The notes beneath the pieces were generated by a model that was given only the letters and a program-made list of their open reading frames with translations, was not told the DNA's origin and did not search any database. From NCBI GenBank assembly GCA_046483305.1, contig JAWODM010000067.1:1-20011 (forward strand): a stretch of DNA of 20,011 nucleotides, read 5' to 3'. Source of the DNA: Candidatus Krumholzibacteriales bacterium. Lineage in GTDB: Bacteria; Krumholzibacteriota; Krumholzibacteriia; Krumholzibacteriales; WJIX01. Positions 17,089 through 20,011 of the stretch are shown one piece after another; positions within the stretch are counted from its first letter, which is position 1, and each line of letters starts with the position of its first letter. The translations under genes were made by a program, and so were the position numbers.

Positions 17089-17607
17089 TCAACCGGAGCG
17101 GTTTTCCTTGCTTATCCAGCCGGCGGGCAGGGCCGATTTCACGGGCAGAAGAGCAAAGGCCAGAAAGAGCGGCAGAAAGAAATTTATGGTGAGGTTGAAG
17201 AATTCGGTTCCGGTCCAGAGCGCCTCGCTGCCCCGGTAGTAGCTGAGAAAAGCCATGGACACGGTCAGTGAATTTGCCAGGGTCAGTATTACGACCCCGA
17301 TCACCGCGCCCCTCACTTTTTTCATTACCGGGATATTCGTTACCGCAATTACCAGTGACAGAAAGACCACCGGGTTCAGGGAGATATCTTCTGTAATCAG
17401 AAGCGCCCTGGACACCATGACTCTGTGCCCGAAAAGGGCCACCAGAGGCCGGGCGCCGTGACATATCAGGCGGGCGTAATAAATCCCCAATTTCATATAG
17501 AGCAGATAGAGTATGATTGACGCGAACAGAAATCTTATGAAGAATACCAGTATCCATCTGTTCCAGCTCCGGTTTCCGTCAGATGATATGAATTGAAGAA
17601 AGCCCAT
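17089..17607 (-). CDS. Exosortase-associated membrane protein (exosortase-like, catalytic residues not evident)
   Basis: About four TM segments. 'VFLSLVIAV..IPVMKKVRGAVIGV.ILTLAN' parallels the exosortase core but lacks the CxG, Arg and His motifs. Starts 9 nt downstream of the exosortase. Confidence 0.6.
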   Translation of the reverse strand: MGFLQFISSDGNRSWNRWILVFFIRFLFASIILYLLYMKLGIYYARLICHGARPLVALFGHRVMVSRALLITEDISLNPVVFLSLVIAVTNIPVMKKVRGAVIGVVILTLANSLTVSMAFLSYYRGSEALWTGTEFFNLTINFFLPLFLAFALLPVKSALPAGWISKENRSG

Positions 17608-17616
17608 GAAATAACC

Positions 17617-18174
17617 TCAGGATTTCCCTTCCGTCGAGGAGCTTTTGAAAACAGCTATCCGGCTCATCCAGAAGAATACCAGAAGAAGCATGAACCCGAC
17701 GAAACTGATCTGCCATAGATATCCGTGGAACAGGCCGAACAGCTCTCTCTTCTCGTAAAGTATTACGGCGATAAAAGCCACTCTGAGATAATTAAGGATA
17801 TGGATTGAAGGTACCCCTATCAGAAGCCCCAGAACCTTGCTTCTGTTATCAGCCGGGAATGCCCCGATAATCGCTATATATATCATGGTTGTGAATATCC
17901 CGGTACATTCCGCGATTATATGGAGCCTTTCCATACCCTGGCCGGTGTTGAGATTGAACAGATTGCCCCTGACGTTGAACTCCAGATTCAGCGCCCGGAG
18001 GGTCAGTGCCAGCTCTCTGGAAACCAGCCTTTCCATCCATTTTCCGATACCGGGCATCATCCTGGTAAGCGCGAACAGGACAGCCCAGATCAGGAAAAAG
18101 TATATCAGGAAGAGAGTCAGGTCCCTCCTGAAACCGGGATGAAGCTGTTCGCCTGACTCGGCTCTTTTACTCAC
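17617..18174 (-). CDS. Exosortase/archaeosortase family transpeptidase (XrtH-like)
   Basis: Catalytic triad motifs 'IIAECTG' (Cys), 'LNYLRV' (Arg), 'FHGYLWQ' (His) in a multi-TM protein. GTG start with GGAG upstream. Confidence 0.88.
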   Translation of the reverse strand: MSKRAESGEQLHPGFRRDLTLFLIYFFLIWAVLFALTRMMPGIGKWMERLVSRELALTLRALNLEFNVRGNLFNLNTGQGMERLHIIAECTGIFTTMIYIAIIGAFPADNRSKVLGLLIGVPSIHILNYLRVAFIAVILYEKRELFGLFHGYLWQISFVGFMLLLVFFWMSRIAVFKSSSTEGKS

Positions 18175-18379
18175 GGTATTCCGTCTCCAGCCCCGGCCTG
18201 CCGTCGCCGGGATAAATTCAGAAATAATATTTTACTTTCTGTTTTTTCTTTCATATATTATGCCAACCGGTTGTATCGCCGGTTTTTTTAATTGAATGGT
18301 GTTTTTCACCGGTCGGGAATATTAAAGATGAGATCAGGCGGAAATACAATACAATTTTATTATTTTGCCGGGTTTTTGC

Positions 18380-18408
18380 TTGACAATTCATTTCCTGAAG
18401 GATATTCT
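18380..18408 (+). promoter_or_regulatory. Sigma70 promoter of the tRNA-tuf operon
   Basis: TTGACA-17 nt-TATTCT, about 40 nt upstream of the first tRNA, with an AT-rich upstream tract. Confidence 0.75.
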
Positions 18409-18448
18409 TTATTACTTAATGTATTTTCGACGGTGAATTACGCTCAAT

Positions 18449-18520
18449 GCTGGCGTAGCTCAAAGGTAGAGCAACTGATTTGTAATCAGTAGGTTGGGGG
18501 TTCAATTCCCTTCGCCAGCT
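18449..18520 (+). tRNA. tRNA-Thr (anticodon TGT), CCA not encoded
   Basis: Acceptor stem GCTGGCG/CGCCAGC, anticodon arm actga-tt-TGT-aa-tcagt, T-loop ttcaatt. Confidence 0.95.
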
Positions 18521-18614
18521 TTTAATAATAAAGACCGATCATCGGAGAATAGCTGGAAGAATAGCTGAAGGTCTCAGTTTTCTGCCGGTCTTTTTATATG
18601 AATGAAGATGGTTC

Positions 18615-18699
18615 GGGGAGGTTCCCGAGTGGTCAAAGGGAACAGACTGTAAATCTGTCGGCGAAGCCTTCGGAGGTTCGAATCCTCCCCTCCCCACCA
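18615..18699 (+). tRNA. tRNA-Tyr (anticodon GTA)
   Basis: Acceptor stem GGGGAGG/CCTCCCC, anticodon arm acaga-ct-GTA-aa-tctgt, long variable arm, encoded CCA. Confidence 0.97.
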
Positions 18700-18767
18700 G
18701 AAAATATTAGATAGATCCTGAACGGGTACAGCGCCGGGGACGGATTAAATCGGTAATTTGGAAACAG

Positions 18768-18840
18768 GCGGGAATAGCTCAGATGGTAGAGCATCAGCCT
18801 TCCAAGCTGAGGGTCGCGGGTTCGAATCCCGTTTCCCGCT
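18768..18840 (+). tRNA. tRNA-Gly (anticodon TCC), CCA not encoded
   Basis: Acceptor stem GCGGGAA/TTCCCGC, anticodon arm tcagc-ct-TCC-aa-gctga. Followed by CAG rather than CCA. Confidence 0.96.
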
Positions 18841-18861
18841 CAGAAAAATGTAAAGGTTGTC

Positions 18862-18937
18862 GCCCACGTAGCTCAGGAGGTAGAGCACGTTCTTGGTAAG
18901 GACGAGGTCACCGGTTCAACTCCGGTCGTGGGCTCCA
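18862..18937 (+). tRNA. tRNA-Thr (anticodon GGT)
   Basis: Acceptor stem GCCCACG/CGTGGGC, anticodon arm cgttc-tt-GGT-aa-ggacg, encoded CCA. Confidence 0.97.
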
Positions 18938-18968
18938 GAAATCATGTTTGGCAGGAGGATACAGTCCA

Positions 18969-20011
18969 ATGGCTAAGGAGAAGTTTGAAAGAACGAAGCC
19001 GCATTTGAACGTAGGGACGATAGGGCACGTAGATCACGGCAAGACCACGCTGACGGCGGCGATAACGAAGCATTTGGCGGATAAGGGGATGTCGCAGTAC
19101 ATTCCTTTTGATGATATAGACAAGGCTCCGGAGGAGCGGGAGCGGGGTATAACCATAGCTACTGCTCATGTGGAGTACGAGACGGAGAACCGTCATTACG
19201 CGCATGTGGACTGTCCCGGCCACGCGGATTATATCAAGAACATGATAACCGGGGCTGCGCAGATGGACGGGGCGGTGGTGGTAGTGAGCGCGGCGGACGG
19301 GCCTATGCCGCAGACGAGGGAGCATATACTTCTGGCGCGTCAGGTGAACGTACCGGGGCTGATAATATTCATGAACAAGACGGACATGGTGGACGATCCT
19401 GAGCTTCTGGAGCTGGTGGAGCTGGAGGTTCGTGAGCTGTTGAGCGAGTATGAATTTCCGGGCGACGACATACCTGTGATCAAGGGCAGCGCGCTGAAGG
19501 CGCTGGAGAGCGATGACGGGGAGTCGGAAGAGGTCAAGTGCATCTGGGAGCTTCTGGAGGCGCTGGACACGTATCTGGAGGAGCCGGAGCGGGATATGGA
19601 CAAGCCGTTTCTCATGCCGGTCGAAGATGTATTTTCTATTACCGGCCGGGGTACGGTAGGAACCGGCAGGATAGAGCGGGGAGTGGTTCATGTGGGCGAC
19701 GATGTGGAGATAGTGGGGATCAGGGATACGGAGAAGACGGTGGTGACGGGAGTGGAGATGTTCCGGAAGATGCTTGACCAGGGACAGGCGGGGGACAATG
19801 TGGGGCTTCTTCTGAGGGGAGTGGACAAGGAAAGTCTTCTCAGGGGGATGGTAGTGGCGAAGCCGGGATCGGTGACACCTCACCGCAAGTTCAAGGGCAA
19901 GGTATACGTACTGAAGAAGGAAGAGGGCGGAAGGCACACTCCGTTTTTTGATGGTTACAGGCCGCAGTTCTATTTCAGGACCACGGATGTGACCGGAGTG
20001 GCTACGCTGCC
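18969..20011 (+). CDS. tuf: Elongation factor Tu (partial, runs off the window end; absent from the ORF track)
   Basis: ATG 18969 after AGGAGG translates as [33 protein letters not shown], with later DCPGHADY and NKTD. Canonical position after the Thr-Tyr-Gly-Thr tRNAs. Confidence 0.99.
   Translation, partial: MAKEKFERTKPHLNVGTIGHVDHGKTTLTAAITKHLADKGMSQYIPFDDIDKAPEERERGITIATAHVEYETENRHYAHVDCPGHADYIKNMITGAAQMDGAVVVVSAADGPMPQTREHILLARQVNVPGLIIFMNKTDMVDDPELLELVELEVRELLSEYEFPGDDIPVIKGSALKALESDDGESEEVKCIWELLEALDTYLEEPERDMDKPFLMPVEDVFSITGRGTVGTGRIERGVVHVGDDVEIVGIRDTEKTVVTGVEMFRKMLDQGQAGDNVGLLLRGVDKESLLRGMVVAKPGSVTPHRKFKGKVYVLKKEEGGRHTPFFDGYRPQFYFRTTDVTGVATL

Noticed and set aside
13232..17557. Shadow ORFs 13385-14047, 14004-14678, 15523-16179, 17006-17557
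   Set aside because: They overlap better-supported CDSs and have an atypical Arg/Gly/Pro/His-rich composition.
18942..19937. 331-aa minus-strand ORF
   Set aside because: Antisense shadow of tuf, which is unmistakable on the plus strand.
1..20011. CRISPR array, IS element or prophage
   Set aside because: No regularly spaced repeats, transposase, terminal inverted repeats or phage genes were seen.

Overview
Bacterial chromosomal window from a diderm organism. Two proteins with C-terminal 'YPNPFNP...SGVY' FlgD-Ig/T9SS-like tails suggest an FCB-related lineage such as Latescibacterota/Krumholzibacteriota (inference only). In order, it carries: a GerMN-murI-rph-rdgB cluster with an ABC-2 exporter pair; an outer-membrane beta-barrel; a GT4 glycosyltransferase; an uncharacterised OM barrel + lipoprotein pair; and tRNA-Pro(TGG). 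A minus-strand cobalamin-riboswitch operon follows (BtuB-like TonB-dependent receptor + beta-propeller protein with a secretion-type tail). After it come an unannotated, apparently frameshifted small ORF, a PfMATE-like transporter, a 700-bp structured intergenic region, a secreted SGNH-like protein, a frameshifted LVIVD-repeat remnant, and an exosortase (XrtH-like) with a non-catalytic partner. The window ends with the tRNA-Thr/Tyr/Gly/Thr-tuf operon (tuf runs off the end). No integrase, IS or CRISPR array was seen. The best candidates for an undescribed system are the B12-regulated receptor with a non-lipidated, tail-sorted propeller, and the exosortase pair whose substrates are unknown. All family calls come from motif recognition by eye, not database searches.
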